Source: a virus
Taxonomy: Duplodnaviria > Caudoviricetes
Reading direction: 5' to 3' (one strand)
Virus record (IMG/VR): IMGVR_UViG_3300028832_000097
Coordinates: 32,001-96,000 of that record
Length of the DNA: 64,000 nucleotides
The translations under genes and the position numbers were made by a program. Under the pieces are notes generated by a model. It saw nothing but the letters and a program-made list of their open reading frames with translations. It did no database searches and was not told the origin of the DNA. Each line of letters starts with the position of its first letter. The first letter of the stretch is position 1. Shown here one piece after another: positions 48,445 to 58,821 of this stretch.

Positions 48445-49320
48445 TTATGTATCTAACGGGTAGTATATATTATCACCGTCTTCTTCAGGAAGCCCGGCAA
48501 GCTGAGAAACACTACCAATCTGTATCTTCCATATAACTTGTACAACCTGGTTAACACCAACACGTAATATGTTTTGCTTAAGTAACTGACGATTAGCTTC
48601 AACAGTCATGTCCCAATCGCTAACATTAGGAGGTACAATTCTATAAGCTGCAAGTAATCCGTTATCTCCACTATCTACCCAAGTTTTTCTCGACCACATA
48701 CCTACTTCAGAAATGAATACATAGTCCTTACCGTCTTCCCTAAATTGCTTCAGAGCACCGGTTGATATCATTGTACTAAAAACAACATCGATTGTTTCAG
48801 GTAATTCGGATTGTGACTCAGGAAGTGTATCTCTATAAGAAATCAACGACCTAGGGAATGATTCAGAAATGAGTTCACATTTAACTGTGTGAGATGGATC
48901 AGGACGATTTTCAAATGTAGGTCCTAATCCTAAATATTCTCTTCCATTGTTTTCATTTGGATCATATCCATCTGCTCCATACCCTGGGACGTGTCGCATG
49001 TATTCAGCGAAACGAACTTCCTCAGCACCTTCCCCATCACCAACACCTTCCGGCAATCCAGATGCATCCTCATCTTGATTGAATAATCCCATTGTACCTA
49101 AAGATATGTAGCGTGGTACATAGTTTTTCAGCATCTCGTATCCTTGGTTAAGGACACCATCACCTGAAAGGTAATGCGCAATACCTAATAACATAGAGTT
49201 TGTTGCACAATTATGACCTTCGTGCGATTGTAGTATCTTACCAGTCCTTTGATCTAATACATTGATCGAAAGATTGTGAGATATTCCTAAATTTTTACCT
49301 GCTTCTAATATGCTATTCAT
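48445..49320 (-). CDS. Putative virion/baseplate-associated protein
   Basis: Position; HN..T and EVG..W motifs. Confidence 0.4.
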   Translation of the reverse strand: MNSILEAGKNLGISHNLSINVLDQRTGKILQSHEGHNCATNSMLLGIAHYLSGDGVLNQGYEMLKNYVPRYISLGTMGLFNQDEDASGLPEGVGDGEGAEEVRFAEYMRHVPGYGADGYDPNENNGREYLGLGPTFENRPDPSHTVKCELISESFPRSLISYRDTLPESQSELPETIDVVFSTMISTGALKQFREDGKDYVFISEVGMWSRKTWVDSGDNGLLAAYRIVPPNVSDWDMTVEANRQLLKQNILRVGVNQVVQVIWKIQIGSVSQLAGLPEEDGDNIYYPLDT

Positions 49321-49607
49321 GGTACCTCAGTATCCGTAGACGACTCATCATGTAAGTTTATTTTTGCATACCTATAAGAATTTACACCGCCTACAATCAG
49401 CTCATGATATCTAGGAGATAATTCAGGTAACTCCCTATCTGTTGCTTGTATTCTACGATGTAAATTTGGATGAGTATACCCTAAAGCATCTTTAGCAAGG
49501 GCTTCTGCATCAGCAGGAACCGCAAGTCCTTGTGCCATAGGCTCAATAACATGTACGTTACCTTCGGCATCTGTAAATGTAATTGCATCAGCCATACTCA
49601 ACCTCAT
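49317..49607 (-). CDS. Hypothetical protein
   Basis: AACCTT motif at 49628-49633. Confidence 0.5.
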   Translation of the reverse strand: MRLSMADAITFTDAEGNVHVIEPMAQGLAVPADAEALAKDALGYTHPNLHRRIQATDRELPELSPRYHELIVGGVNSYRYAKINLHDESSTDTEVP

Positions 49608-49662
49608 TATTATAGATACTATGATACAAGGTTGTAGAATGCGTATAATTATAATTACATTA

Positions 49663-50664
49663 TTAAGTTATGCCCATATCGGCAAGTGTGCAGTTTGCTT
49701 CTAACAATACGTTACCATTCTGGTCTTTGATATCCATTGTATTGAACAAAATAACAACAGGAAGCTGTTCGAGTTGGTAACTAAGACCATCCCAACCAGA
49801 ACCTGTATCATTATATACACCATACTCTGGAATAGTATATGTGCTACCTCTTCCGGAAAACTGTACTGCATATGCCGTATTCACTCGAGAAGTATTTCTA
49901 TATAATTTAGAATTTGATGTATTGTAATAAGGGTTATCTACAGTATTTGTTGTCATACAGATATAGTATCTATTATCTGCCCATAACATGTATGCATCAA
50001 CAACATTTGCATATCCTGTTGGTTTTATGAAATCTTTAGGTTTAGAATTATACATGGCTTGTTCCATGCTAATTATTTGACCATTTCCCCAGTTATCTGT
50101 AAAGAATGGATGACAGCCAGATCCCAAACTAGTAAATTGACTCGGCATACTAAACAAAGTCCCTGAAATATTATCATTGCTAGCATTAGATAACCCACTT
50201 ACAACCCAACCTTCTACACTATCAATAGGATAAAAAATTTCACGCCCATATTGTCCAACTTCGGTATTAAAATTAGATCCGTTCCAGCCAGCAACCCAAG
50301 TAGCGCCGTCACTAAATAAATGCATGTGCTTCAAATGCCCATGCTCAGAAGCAATAGCAGACACAGGATGCATAGCGAAATTATATTCAGATTTTATGAT
50401 GCCTATATACATCATAGCATACCCAGGCTCTACTGGAGGGTAACGAAACCAGCATGCTAACTTGTAATTAGTATTCAAACTTTTCGCAACGCCTAACGTG
50501 TGATACCAATTGTCTAAAAATTGCTCAGGGCGCAATCCTGTATCTATTGCTTGAATCGCTGCGGGCATCTCAGAAATTCTATACTTATCTGAAGTACCTG
50601 TTTTAGCTTGTATAGCAAGTGCGATGTTATTTACATATTCTTCTGTATATAGCTTCTTTGTCAT
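49663..50664 (-). CDS. Tail-fibre/receptor-binding-like protein
   Basis: N-terminal KLY.E...IA.AI..K.G....Y..S.M..AI anchor shared with the adjacent gene. Confidence 0.55.
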   Translation of the reverse strand: MTKKLYTEEYVNNIALAIQAKTGTSDKYRISEMPAAIQAIDTGLRPEQFLDNWYHTLGVAKSLNTNYKLACWFRYPPVEPGYAMMYIGIIKSEYNFAMHPVSAIASEHGHLKHMHLFSDGATWVAGWNGSNFNTEVGQYGREIFYPIDSVEGWVVSGLSNASNDNISGTLFSMPSQFTSLGSGCHPFFTDNWGNGQIISMEQAMYNSKPKDFIKPTGYANVVDAYMLWADNRYYICMTTNTVDNPYYNTSNSKLYRNTSRVNTAYAVQFSGRGSTYTIPEYGVYNDTGSGWDGLSYQLEQLPVVILFNTMDIKDQNGNVLLEANCTLADMGIT

Positions 50665-50677
50665 CTAAATTCCTCCA

Positions 50678-51370
50678 TTAGGTTGACGGAATAGCATCAG
50701 TTACAACTAAATCATTCCCTACAAATATTTTCTTACTAACAGTATCATAAATACAAGGAAAATCTGTGCCATCTTGCACTGTGATAGTTGCACCTACGTA
50801 ATTAGCAATGAGCTGTGAAGTAGCTGCATTAGATATCTTTAAATATTCTATATAAGCCTGTGAAGGAGTTGTACTTAGTCCGCCAATATATCCTACTGTA
50901 TAATTAGTACCACCTGTTGGTCCTGTGTAACTTGCAATTGCAACTTGATCATCTAGCATAATAGCAGTTCCTTCGCCTTCGTAATGTATAGTATGCTCTC
51001 CGGGAGTAAATGCAATTCCGGATCCTTGATTACAGAACCAAAATTGATCTGCATACGTCAACCATGTGAATGCCAGGCGTGAATCCCAACTACCATCAGA
51101 TGATCCAAGTACCACTCCATTGGAATAATAATTTGACACATAGGCCTTGCAGTCAACTGCATGGATGCGGGATTGCTCTGTAGGAGTAGTAAAGGTGCTC
51201 ACCTTAAAATATTTATGCTGCACAATTTCAATAGCACTACCACCTGATGGTATATTATCTATAGCATCGGCCATCTGAGATACTTTGTAAGTAGTAGATT
51301 CTCCATTCTTACCTCGTATTGCGTTTGCAATCGCTTGTATATCTGACTCATTATATAACTTTAATGCCAT
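50678..51370 (-). CDS. Tail-fibre/receptor-binding-like protein
   Basis: Same anchor; beta-rich C-terminus ending ...YDTVS. Confidence 0.55.
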   Translation of the reverse strand: MALKLYNESDIQAIANAIRGKNGESTTYKVSQMADAIDNIPSGGSAIEIVQHKYFKVSTFTTPTEQSRIHAVDCKAYVSNYYSNGVVLGSSDGSWDSRLAFTWLTYADQFWFCNQGSGIAFTPGEHTIHYEGEGTAIMLDDQVAIASYTGPTGGTNYTVGYIGGLSTTPSQAYIEYLKISNAATSQLIANYVGATITVQDGTDFPCIYDTVSKKIFVGNDLVVTDAIPST

Positions 51371-51380
51371 CTACTTCACC

Positions 51381-51617
51381 TCAGTAAGATATATTTGTCC
51401 CGTTTACATCAACTGCGACCCAGTTGCCGGATGCATCTACAATGAGCATCTTACCTTGATCTGCAGAAGTAACTGCAGGCAATGTTCCAAATAAGTTGCC
51501 TAGATGCTGTCCGGTTATCTTGTAAGACGCTTCGTCGAGTTCTGCTAAGAACAAACAGCTATTCACAGAAGAACCTTGTGGTATTTCAGTTAGTTGGTCT
51601 AGTTTTAATCTACTCAT
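51381..51617 (-). CDS. Small tail-fibre-associated protein
   Basis: LPAVTSADQGKMLIVDASGNW motif. Confidence 0.5.
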   Translation of the reverse strand: MSRLKLDQLTEIPQGSSVNSCLFLAELDEASYKITGQHLGNLFGTLPAVTSADQGKMLIVDASGNWVAVDVNGTNISY

Positions 51618-51620
51618 AAG

Positions 51621-52832
51621 TTATTCTCCATTATTTACAATGTCTATTGAATGATCGTTTGTTAAATCAATATTATTATCATTTGTAGTTACAATATCAT
51701 TATCATTCTCTTCTACAAGTATATCAGGTTCAGCTGTTTTAGTATATTGGGTATTTGTAGAATCCATAACCATTGCATCTCCGACAGAGAACATGATAGG
51801 ATTGATTTGTGGTTTAGGATGTGTATAATCACCAGGGACAGTTCTATCTGGATCAAGTGTATATACATCTGTGGTGTCATCATTACCTTTATCATATCGA
51901 AGATTCCATGCATAAGGTCTATCTGCATCAGGCTTGAGCGGAATATCTCCGTAGAATACTTCAACATCTGTAGGTGTGTAGCCTAATCCAAATATAGGAG
52001 GACGTTCTGAACTTGGGTCATCAGGATCAAGTAGGGCTTTAACAATATGTTCATTGTTACATAACTGAAGCGAAGATAGCGCTCTATATCCTGCGTTAAT
52101 TGTAGGAGTTACTTCGTATTCAGAATTTCTATACCAAGCAGGATCACGCCCATCTGCAGAATTAAGTGTCATTGTATCTTCATCAGTCATTTTCTGAAGT
52201 CTTGCATAATCATCTCTAGTATAGTGGCCAACACGTGTAGGTCCCATAGTTGTTCCAATATCCTTTGTATTAGTTAATCTTGCATCAATCGATATCTTAG
52301 TTCTAGCATCAAATCGTACGCCGGGAGTAGCAAACAAATACATTCCTACAGGTCTAACATATTCAATACAGGCATCTACAGGCTCTTTTGAACTAAAATA
52401 TACTACATCAATATATCCTTCAGCAGTATGAGGTGTAACATATGCAGCATTTACAGGAATAGATGTATCTTCTAAGCGATTATACAGTATATCTTTTTCT
52501 TTTCCATATTCCAGCACGTTAAATTGTGCTAAATTAACTTCCGCTGCAAGCGTTACTCCATCCTTGCTACCACGATTTCGTATCATTGACATGAAATATA
52601 CAAGTACTAATCGGTTGAATGCAGTAGGTAGTCTGTCATCATATTTGAATCCCATAGTGTCGCACAACATCCAAAGTAACCAATCTGGACATTTCAGCGG
52701 ATCGTAGATGTCAGGTAGATTTTCAGTATCATGCTGTATCTTAGATAACGCAGTACTGAACCACCTAATAAATAGGCGAAAATCACTACTTGTTTCATAT
52801 ATCTCAGGTACTGAAACTTCAGATATGTTCAT
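51621..52832 (-). CDS. Baseplate wedge protein (P2 gpI/T4 gp7-like)
   Basis: DP..CP..LL..L...MG...R.RGS motif; follows the J-like gene. Confidence 0.65.
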   Translation of the reverse strand: MNISEVSVPEIYETSSDFRLFIRWFSTALSKIQHDTENLPDIYDPLKCPDWLLWMLCDTMGFKYDDRLPTAFNRLVLVYFMSMIRNRGSKDGVTLAAEVNLAQFNVLEYGKEKDILYNRLEDTSIPVNAAYVTPHTAEGYIDVVYFSSKEPVDACIEYVRPVGMYLFATPGVRFDARTKISIDARLTNTKDIGTTMGPTRVGHYTRDDYARLQKMTDEDTMTLNSADGRDPAWYRNSEYEVTPTINAGYRALSSLQLCNNEHIVKALLDPDDPSSERPPIFGLGYTPTDVEVFYGDIPLKPDADRPYAWNLRYDKGNDDTTDVYTLDPDRTVPGDYTHPKPQINPIMFSVGDAMVMDSTNTQYTKTAEPDILVEENDNDIVTTNDNNIDLTNDHSIDIVNNGE

Positions 52833-52837
52833 CTATG

Positions 52838-54733
52838 TTATGCTCCTACTATATATTCTTCTGCAATGCGTATGTTATTAGATCCTAACACATCTAAGTA
52901 TCTTGCGAAACTTATTGGGTTGAAGTACTCCGGATCACAATTGTCCCAGACGATTACCGGGTTAGTTAAACTCCCTGCATCAAAATAATCAATTCTATCA
53001 TCCGCTTTTCTTATTATGTTCACGACTTCCATAAGTGTAGGCTTATCACCTATATTGCGATTGGAAGGTGCATAATATAGGGCTAGTGCTTCTTTCACTC
53101 TAGCAACGATATTATTTGCTACGTCCCGACTAACAGGTTTCTTAGGATATATTTGTCCTACTACATGAAATGTAAATAATCTAAGATATCCAAATGCTAA
53201 TTCAACGGACATGGCCTGTAAAGGTCTGTAATCTCTTATTACATTTTCAACAAACTGAATAGGTGGCTTGTATTGCGTAAATACAATCCTATCAGAAAAC
53301 CTTTGAGATACTTTACTTTGAGAAATCTGACTGTTTCCCCAAGAACTATTCTGAAAATCATTGTGAATTGCGAAACACATTGCTGTGTAAGTTTTAAAAT
53401 TGGAGATGAATTTCTTAGAATCTTCGACATTGTATTTCGCATTCAACATCGGAGTCCAATCTCGATTAGGATCACCTTGTGGAAAATCTTGATTGGTGAT
53501 ATACATTTTAGCCTTCTGTATATCGCTTAAGGTAGTATCATCAAATATTGCTTCATTTATTTCTAATGCCTTTTGACAATCAATAACTACGCCACAATCT
53601 ACACCAGGTTCACGATTCAGAAATCTTGTGAAGTCTGGCAAAGTAATTAAGCTGTCCCATGTGTTTATGTAGTTACGGCTAGATACATATGCTTCTTTTG
53701 CAGTTTCAGGGCTCTTACCGGTTACTGTGTAGGTATGAGGTAATTCGACTGTGTTAGAAAGGTTCGATATCAGCAGATCCCCGGACTGCTCCAATCCAGT
53801 ATCAGGATTCTTTGCTGATAGGAAATTACTAAGTACGTTAGTACCTACACACCCAATAACACCTGAACAATCAATCCAATAAACGGTAAGATAGTTATTC
53901 TCATAATTCTCAAGCTGATTCAAGTAGTTACTAACTTGTATTTGTGCATTTGAATAAGAATCATATGTAACTGCGAACCTAGGTTCGGGTACTACAAACT
54001 CTGCAGGGCTCTTACATTGTACCCATTGCGTAGCTAAGAAGCTATCTGCGTTCTGCGAAGCTTTAGCTTTTATCCATATTGCAGTAGTATCAATGTGCTG
54101 AGATGGTACATTTATAATGTAGTTATTTTGTTTGACCTGCTGAACAGATACACTGTAACTACGTAATTCACCTTCGACTGCTACACGAGTAACACTTTCG
54201 CCAGGTGATAATGTAACTTCGTCAGTATCTGCAAATATATTTATTGCTTCTGTAGTAGTTACACGTTTACTGCGGGTATCTTGTGTACCGTATGTATTTG
54301 TCATAGGAAGTATGTTGTAAGTAATTACACGAGATTGATCTGTTATATCTGTATAAGCATTCAATGTTGCGAAGTTAGCGCCATTGAATCCAAAATCAAG
54401 TCGGAAAGTGTAATCAGAATTATTAGTAAATGTAACTTCCGTTCTAGCTGCTGTAAACCATCCAAGATCATATCCAATCAAGCCAAAAAGCTTCTCAGCG
54501 TTTTTCCTCTGAGATACCGAAGGTGCAAATAACTCATTGGCTAACCAATCTAAGTTAACACCTAAAACATCTGCTACACTTGCAAGGAATTTACCAAGTA
54601 CTACACCAGGATCTGCATCGGCTTCAGGCTTCCATAATTCAGTCATAGTAGGAACTATTGCCCAAAAATCCTCCATTATGGATTGATAATCTCGGGATGT
54701 ATACTTAACAACGCCGCGTGTATAATCGTCCAT
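52838..54733 (-). CDS. Baseplate wedge protein (T4 gp6/baseplate J-like)
   Basis: YTSRDYQSI, DPG, G..PET...LIT..DF motifs. Confidence 0.8.
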   Translation of the reverse strand: MDDYTRGVVKYTSRDYQSIMEDFWAIVPTMTELWKPEADADPGVVLGKFLASVADVLGVNLDWLANELFAPSVSQRKNAEKLFGLIGYDLGWFTAARTEVTFTNNSDYTFRLDFGFNGANFATLNAYTDITDQSRVITYNILPMTNTYGTQDTRSKRVTTTEAINIFADTDEVTLSPGESVTRVAVEGELRSYSVSVQQVKQNNYIINVPSQHIDTTAIWIKAKASQNADSFLATQWVQCKSPAEFVVPEPRFAVTYDSYSNAQIQVSNYLNQLENYENNYLTVYWIDCSGVIGCVGTNVLSNFLSAKNPDTGLEQSGDLLISNLSNTVELPHTYTVTGKSPETAKEAYVSSRNYINTWDSLITLPDFTRFLNREPGVDCGVVIDCQKALEINEAIFDDTTLSDIQKAKMYITNQDFPQGDPNRDWTPMLNAKYNVEDSKKFISNFKTYTAMCFAIHNDFQNSSWGNSQISQSKVSQRFSDRIVFTQYKPPIQFVENVIRDYRPLQAMSVELAFGYLRLFTFHVVGQIYPKKPVSRDVANNIVARVKEALALYYAPSNRNIGDKPTLMEVVNIIRKADDRIDYFDAGSLTNPVIVWDNCDPEYFNPISFARYLDVLGSNNIRIAEEYIVGA

Positions 54734-54769
54734 CTATAACCTCCAGTAACATTATAATTTAATAGAAGG

Positions 54770-55465
54770 TTATTTACTGTACTTAATAGTATTTCCTTCT
54801 ATTGTGCGAGTGATGTATGTAGAAGATAGTACCACCTTGTCCGCTTCTAATATCTCTGCCTTTGTAGCTCCTAAGAAATATTCTTGATATCCATTTGCAG
54901 ATTCTCGAAGTATTGTATATCTGATAGTAGACGGTCCTTTATCATACTTCAATATGAAATCATCAATAATTACTTTGTTCCAATCAAATGAATCATCTGA
55001 AGTTATTCTAAATTCTACGGCATTACCAAATATAGATATTTTAACATAATTGTCCTTACAATAGGTGTACCACATTTCGTTTAGATCTTCAAAATCCTCA
55101 ATGAGATATTCTAACTCATTGGCAGTGTAAGGGCATTTACTGCCGAGCCCTACATATTGTTTCAAAATGTTCGTGTATTTAAGCTCGCAATAAATATCAA
55201 ATCGCGTTCTATCAGCAATTGTAGGAGTTAATGTGTGTAAGTATTCATACAAACAGTACCAATAAACAACTACACCATCCTCTTTATCTGCTCCAGCGTT
55301 TTCTATAAGAAAATCAATGTCAGTAGGGCAAAGATGCTGTATTCCTCGTGACATATAAGTAGTAGAAGGAACATGTAAATCTACTGAATATAAATTTCCT
55401 GAACGGTCTAACAAATAAGAACCCTTTTGTAATGATATGTTAGCTGTGATATATCGCTTCATCAT
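54770..55465 (-). CDS. Hypothetical protein with class A leader
   Basis: (M)MKRYITAN. Confidence 0.65.
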   Translation of the reverse strand: MMKRYITANISLQKGSYLLDRSGNLYSVDLHVPSTTYMSRGIQHLCPTDIDFLIENAGADKEDGVVVYWYCLYEYLHTLTPTIADRTRFDIYCELKYTNILKQYVGLGSKCPYTANELEYLIEDFEDLNEMWYTYCKDNYVKISIFGNAVEFRITSDDSFDWNKVIIDDFILKYDKGPSTIRYTILRESANGYQEYFLGATKAEILEADKVVLSSTYITRTIEGNTIKYSK

Positions 55466-55980
55466 GTTTGTCCTCCGACTTTATTTATTACATTCAAGAT
55501 ACCTAGGTTTTCATACTGAGCGTACATACTAAGAAATTCCCTTATTATCCTAGATAAATCGTAGTCCATACTATCAATGCATGCAACCATGTTTTCATAT
55601 TCTAATAGTTTTGTTATCTGCGCTTCATAATTTTTATCTGCATCTATCCAAGCATGATAATCGTCGTAGGATCTAGAATCATGATATCTTGATTCAAGTT
55701 TCTTGACCCATTGTGATTCTAATTCAAGCGAAGGACATATTAGCAATACAACTTCCGTGGAATTTACTAGTGCATCGCAAACAGGTTCTAATGCATCAAG
55801 AAAAACGATGTATCCTTGTGCAGATAAACGTGTTGCTACCATTACGTAAGTTTTGACCCAAAGTGAAACGTCAGATCTATCTGCACGGAATGGCCAACTA
55901 TCAAGATCAACATACTTGAATCCGGGATGTTGTTCACAAAGTGTAGTTCTACCAATTCCAGAATATCCTAATACAATCAT
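55462..55980 (-). CDS. P-loop nucleotide kinase-like protein
   Basis: IVLGYSGIGRTT (Lys replaced by Arg) and VDLD. Confidence 0.55.
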   Translation of the reverse strand: MIVLGYSGIGRTTLCEQHPGFKYVDLDSWPFRADRSDVSLWVKTYVMVATRLSAQGYIVFLDALEPVCDALVNSTEVVLLICPSLELESQWVKKLESRYHDSRSYDDYHAWIDADKNYEAQITKLLEYENMVACIDSMDYDLSRIIREFLSMYAQYENLGILNVINKVGGQT

Positions 55981-56010
55981 CGTTTCACCTCGTTGATTCT
56001 AAATGCATGT

Positions 56011-56817
56011 TTAACCCATCTTTGTAAAGTATACACCATCTATGCAAACATATGGAGTACCAAAATTATGATAATGTCCATTTCTAAATGCAAGTACGTT
56101 TCTAGGTAGCGTAGGGCCGTCATTTATAACAGATATTACAGCATTCATACAAGACTGACTTGGTGTTGTATATCGCACCCGACTTGCCGGACTAAATACT
56201 CCAGGTTCATATATTACACTTAGTGCAGATTTGTTGTATTTCAGCATTCGGTTTATAATTACGCTTGCAATTGCTTGTTGACATGAATAACTTTGTGATC
56301 CTGCTTCTAGATATACAAGTGCTGCAATGTCACGAATTTCTGAATCTGTAACCGATACTATAGGTGCAGGCGTAGGTGTTGGAGTTGGAATATATTCATT
56401 CAATCTTTCAATGTCGGACTGCATCTGTTGCATCTGGTTGAAATTATCATTCAATCTATCAACTTGTGTCTCAGCATATTCTTGAATATCACTCATGGCC
56501 TCGGCGTGTTCAACTTGTGTGTCAGCTAACTGCGAAATTTCACAGGCCATGGACGCATAGGTCACAGATGCAGCTTCTGTATCTAATTTTCTCTGCAATT
56601 CAGAATCTTCTAATTTAAAATATAAATTAGTGCAAGTAACTGCGAGTATTATCAATGCACTTGTAAATACAACGTCTTTGAAAGGTATATTTATGTTTGC
56701 TGCAAATCTTCGAAAACTAATTAATGCTAATTCGCATCGTAGGCACATTAAATGTAATTCAGAACGAATATAATTGATGATGAATGTACTTAAACTTGTC
56801 TTAACTATAAATTTCAT
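56011..56817 (-). CDS. SleB-type cell wall hydrolase with membrane anchor
   Basis: TM segment, coiled coil, PTPTP linker, LVYLEAG...VIINR...VIYEPGVF. Confidence 0.8.
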   Translation of the reverse strand: MKFIVKTSLSTFIINYIRSELHLMCLRCELALISFRRFAANINIPFKDVVFTSALIILAVTCTNLYFKLEDSELQRKLDTEAASVTYASMACEISQLADTQVEHAEAMSDIQEYAETQVDRLNDNFNQMQQMQSDIERLNEYIPTPTPTPAPIVSVTDSEIRDIAALVYLEAGSQSYSCQQAIASVIINRMLKYNKSALSVIYEPGVFSPASRVRYTTPSQSCMNAVISVINDGPTLPRNVLAFRNGHYHNFGTPYVCIDGVYFTKMG

Positions 56818-56864
56818 ATAAATTTGTTACATTACCTCACATAAAATATAAGAAATATATAATT

Positions 56865-58232
56865 CTAATTAATGCTATATAAAAGTACCATAGATTTTAT
56901 ATTTTTCTTACTATAAACAGCCTTAAGTATAGAATCTTCTAGCTGAACTCGGTATTTCAATCCCGAGTTTTTAATTTGTATATATAACGATTTTATATCA
57001 TCAAAAGCACCAGAATAGTTCAATTCTTCCAATGACTGGACTATTTTAGTTTTTGCTTCTGCAGATATATCAAACATTATATTTTTATTAATAGGTTTAT
57101 CTTTCTTAGAATATTGATGGTGGAATTCGTAAGCTCTGCGACCTAATTCTATAGAAGCTAAACACATGTCAGGTAATCCAGTATCTCGATAGATTAGATT
57201 GCCCTCAAATGAAGAGTAGTTAGCTACTACTTTATATAATCTAATCCCACATCTATCACAATATTTTTCAATCAAAGAATAGAAAATATTTCTATTCCAT
57301 TGGTTATTGACTAATCTATTAAATCGACGACCTCTTCCAGTATCATTAGATATAATTTCTAACTTCTCAATTGCAAATAGTTCACATTTATAATGCTTAG
57401 CTATCTCTACTAGAAATTTAGCAGAATCTATATTTTCATATGTTCTTTTATTATTTAGGTATATACGTTCTATGTCATATGAAGAAATATGAAGAGCACT
57501 ATCAGCAGCGTTAATCTGTCTATTAGATATAACACCGGCATCTATTACTGTCTTCTGAGTAGAAGATACCCAATCTACTACTGACCACCCAATATAATTA
57601 GGATTTAGATCTATAGCAAATACTCTATCAACTTTATGTGACGGGCTAACTTCAGAGAGTTCATTAAATGTGATATAGATGTACTTCAAATCTAGCTTAT
57701 ATGTAATAGGTATACTACAACTGTTCTGTGATGCTATTAACTTCTGTATATCATGTCTATAGTTCTTCCTAAGTTTGGGTAGTTGTAATGTAATATGCGT
57801 GTGTCTGTCCGGCTTAAATAATATCGCACTCTCAGATTTAATTTCAAACTTACGATTACCTAATTTACAAGCTTCTCCAATGGATAATAGTGGTTGCAAT
57901 CTATTTGAATGGTATTCTTGCTTCGATATGTTACCCTTACATCTTTGAATATAGTTGTATCTCCCTCCAAATATTACTTTTGTTCTTCCCCTGAGTTGTT
58001 TAGCTTCATATTGAGCCGAGTTTAAAAAATGAGAATCTATAAACACATTATTCATAGATTTTTGCATTTCAGTAAGTTGTTTAGTAGATAATTTAAAATT
58101 ATTATCGCATAGTCTATTATATGTAAATCGAAGTACATTATTATAGTTAGCAATATACTTACTAATTATATCAAGTGACTCTGAGCTATAAGGTAACTTA
58201 ATTGTTCGTATTGACACTACTATCTTCCTCAA
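56865..58232 (-). CDS. tnpB: TnpB-family RuvC nuclease
   Basis: AIDLNP (RuvC-I), AIEKL (RuvC-II), ANYSS, PDM.LAS (RuvC-III); no Zn finger. Confidence 0.8.
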   Translation of the reverse strand: MRKIVVSIRTIKLPYSSESLDIISKYIANYNNVLRFTYNRLCDNNFKLSTKQLTEMQKSMNNVFIDSHFLNSAQYEAKQLRGRTKVIFGGRYNYIQRCKGNISKQEYHSNRLQPLLSIGEACKLGNRKFEIKSESAILFKPDRHTHITLQLPKLRKNYRHDIQKLIASQNSCSIPITYKLDLKYIYITFNELSEVSPSHKVDRVFAIDLNPNYIGWSVVDWVSSTQKTVIDAGVISNRQINAADSALHISSYDIERIYLNNKRTYENIDSAKFLVEIAKHYKCELFAIEKLEIISNDTGRGRRFNRLVNNQWNRNIFYSLIEKYCDRCGIRLYKVVANYSSFEGNLIYRDTGLPDMCLASIELGRRAYEFHHQYSKKDKPINKNIMFDISAEAKTKIVQSLEELNYSGAFDDIKSLYIQIKNSGLKYRVQLEDSILKAVYSKKNIKSMVLLYSIN

Positions 58233-58821
58233 GTTCTTTTCTAATCTTATTAAGTTTTCGCCTATGTGAATATGACTTCATAGTAAAATAATGAATAATT
58301 GAGATTAAATCTTCAGTTAATTCCTGTTCGTATGTTCTATTATCTAAGGCATCATTTAGAACCATAATTTGTGTGCCATAATACTTAAAAATCAGCTGAA
58401 GTGTATCAAAATTAAATCGGGTTAATCTGTCCTTATTTTCAATTACCAACAAGCCAATTTCTCCTTTAACCACTCTTTCAATGAGTTTTTGAAATCCTTT
58501 TCGATCAGCATCCATACCAGACTTTATATCTTCTATCTGCTCATCTAATTCGATGCCTTTACTTATACAGTAATTATATATTCGTAAAGTCTGTTCTTTA
58601 AGTTGATCTTTTTGAGCTTGCGTAGATACCCTAGAATAAGAAATATTAACTTTGTGATTACGATTAAATTTCTGACCCAAGAATTCATATACAGATTCTT
58701 CATCATAATTATATTGACCATTCTTTAATCTATCTACTTTAATAATGCCCGATTTGACATACTTGCATAATGTCACTCTTGAAATACCTAATCTATCTAA
58801 TACTTCATTAGCTTTCATCAT
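58198..58821 (-). CDS. tnpA: IS607 serine transposase TnpA
   Basis: MerR-like HTH (LGISRVTL) plus YSRVST..QK..L..Q and KDRLTRF. Confidence 0.9.
   Translation of the reverse strand: MMKANEVLDRLGISRVTLCKYVKSGIIKVDRLKNGQYNYDEESVYEFLGQKFNRNHKVNISYSRVSTQAQKDQLKEQTLRIYNYCISKGIELDEQIEDIKSGMDADRKGFQKLIERVVKGEIGLLVIENKDRLTRFNFDTLQLIFKYYGTQIMVLNDALDNRTYEQELTEDLISIIHYFTMKSYSHRRKLNKIRKELEEDSSVNTNN

Noticed and set aside
49663-51617. Diversity-generating retroelement targeting fibre genes
   Set aside because: No reverse transcriptase or template/variable repeat pair seen in this window.
3075-55465. MKRYI leaders as Sec or lipoprotein signal peptides
   Set aside because: No hydrophobic h-region follows the basic start, and the Cys-containing variants have no lipobox context.
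56865-58232. Cas12f/Cas14 effector
   Set aside because: Overlaps an IS607 tnpA and no array is adjacent; TnpB is the simpler call.
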